Part shown: piece after piece, positions 63,043-64,000 of the stretch
How the letters are laid out: each line of letters starts with the position of its first letter
How positions within the stretch are numbered: the first letter of the stretch is position 1
NCBI GenBank assembly: GCA_035453125.1
Contig: DAOTCN010000002.1
Coordinates: 138,715-202,714 of the forward strand
DNA from: Minisyncoccota bacterium
GTDB taxonomy: Archaea; Nanobdellota; Nanobdellia; Pacearchaeales; GW2011-AR1
Reading direction: 5' to 3'
DNA length: 64,000 nucleotides
Made by a program: the position numbers and the translations under genes
The notes under the pieces: generated by a model
Database searches by the model: none
What the model saw: only the letters and a program-made list of their open reading frames with translations
What the model was told of the DNA's origin: nothing

Positions 63043-64000
63043 ATGATATTTGATAAAGGAACAGCGATTTATGCATATGAAGTAAGAAATGAATCGGGGC
63101 AAAATGTTGCATATGTAAATTATATGGGAGCACCTTATATCCCTTATATTGCTTCTTCACCTGAAGTAATGGGAAGAACAGTTGACATGCTTATTGAATC
63201 TCCAAATGTTTCAAGAATTGTTTTTGTTCAACAAAGAAATTACAGTTATGATCTTAAATGTGTTGCTTTATTAACTGAACTTGCTTATATTTATAATTAT
63301 CTAATTAAAAAAGAAAAAATTCTTTTAACTGAAAAACTTGGAACAGATAAAATTTTAGTTGCTCAAAGATATGATTTTTTGAATACTTTTCTTCAGACTT
63401 TAAAAACAGATCCTTTTGCAGCATATCAAAAAGTTAAGGTTTCTCTTTTAGAGGAAAAAGTTATATCTACTAAAAATAAAGATTATAAAGAAATTATTTA
63501 TAGGCTACTTCTTGAAAAGATTGTTTTAATGCTTGAGGAAAGTAAGTTAATTAAAAATATTCTTGATTTAAATAAAGAAGGTAGTAATAAGGGTAGAGAA
63601 GTTTATTCTAAGATTTTTGTTCCAGAAGTTATTCCAAATTTTGCTTTTGCAAGACTTGTTTCTTCATTACCTGAAGATTCTAAGATAATATCTCAATATG
63701 AAATTGGTGATGGTGATGATAAAAGTATAGTTACAATTTTAAAAAAAATAAACGAGTTAAAATATTTTTATCATTTAATGCCTCCAGAGTATTTTTTGAA
63801 TGAAGATCATCAAATGTTATTAAATTTGGCAAGAAATGTTCTTTTAGAACATCAACCAAGGGCAGAAGAGTTTGTTGATCCATCTAGAACAAGACAGATT
63901 TTTTTTAATGTTGCAAGAGATTTATTAAGAGAACTTTCTGAAAGTAAAAAAATAGAAATTTCTTATCCTGAATTAAATAAATTAGCTAAGGTTTTAGTTA
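63043..64000 (+). CDS. N-terminal part of a type II/IV secretion / type IV pilus assembly ATPase (FlaI/PilB/VirB11-like), runs off the right edge
   Basis: ATG at 63043 and open to the window end. MIFDKGTAIYAYEV... and ...YFYHLMPPEYFLNEDHQMLLNLARNVLLEHQP resemble the N-domains of archaeal GspE/FlaI-family ATPases. The Walker motifs would lie beyond the window. Confidence 0.5.
   Translation, partial: MIFDKGTAIYAYEVRNESGQNVAYVNYMGAPYIPYIASSPEVMGRTVDMLIESPNVSRIVFVQQRNYSYDLKCVALLTELAYIYNYLIKKEKILLTEKLGTDKILVAQRYDFLNTFLQTLKTDPFAAYQKVKVSLLEEKVISTKNKDYKEIIYRLLLEKIVLMLEESKLIKNILDLNKEGSNKGREVYSKIFVPEVIPNFAFARLVSSLPEDSKIISQYEIGDGDDKSIVTILKKINELKYFYHLMPPEYFLNEDHQMLLNLARNVLLEHQPRAEEFVDPSRTRQIFFNVARDLLRELSESKKIEISYPELNKLAKVLV

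Overview
Very AT-rich archaeal chromosome segment. The informational genes are clearly archaeal (Orc1/Cdc6, PolD DP1 and DP2, r-proteins L21e and L18e, RNA polymerase subunits D/F/N, Hef/XPF). The dense packing, small proteins and many ORFans resemble a small-genome DPANN-type archaeon, but that lineage call is inference only. Layout: (1) 1-7.7 kb, a glycan or lipid modification cluster with a flippase fragment, FAD oxidoreductase, two B12-binding radical SAM enzymes, methyltransferase, GT2 and a GT-C/ArnT-like protein. (2) 8.1-10.8 kb, secD/secF. (3) 10.8-12.9 kb, an RNA-gene patch: intron-containing tRNA-Gly(TCC), a tandem repeat of tRNA 3' ends, a LAGLIDADG endonuclease gene and an intact tRNA-Arg(CCT) nested inside a second, broken tRNA-Arg(CCT), then tRNA-Leu(TAG) and 5S rRNA. 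(4) 13-21 kb, NUDIX, rpoN, ABC ATPase and the conserved L21e-rpoF-DUF655-S13-S4-S11-rpoD-tRNA-Leu-L18e-L13-S9 block. (5) 21-24.5 kb, XerA-like recombinase, desulforedoxin, rubrerythrin and a HAD hydrolase. (6) 24.6-31.4 kb, an ORFan island of small genes with three wHTH proteins, recurring intergenic elements, a TGTTTAAA operator-like motif and a 0.7 kb ORF-free purine-rich repeat tract. (7) 31.4-39 kb, a predicted oriC (three ORB-like boxes flanking a 14-bp x4 AT tandem repeat) followed by cdc6, PolD-DP1, an HD protein and PolD-DP2. (8) 39-64 kb, a RelE/RHH toxin-antitoxin pair flanked by a 17-bp palindrome, an RRM/RGG RNA-binding protein, a TctA-like transporter, a 903-aa sequon-rich surface protein, TyrRS, DRG GTPase, an ArmA/Rmt-like 16S rRNA methyltransferase homologue, M16 peptidase, ureohydrolase, ThpR, a Hef encoded as two genes, three tandem paralogous membrane proteins, repeat-rich coiled-coil proteins and the start of a type IV pilus/secretion-type ATPase. 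No CRISPR array, transposase or large rRNA gene was seen. All calls come from reading the sequence and ORF translations; no database search was run.
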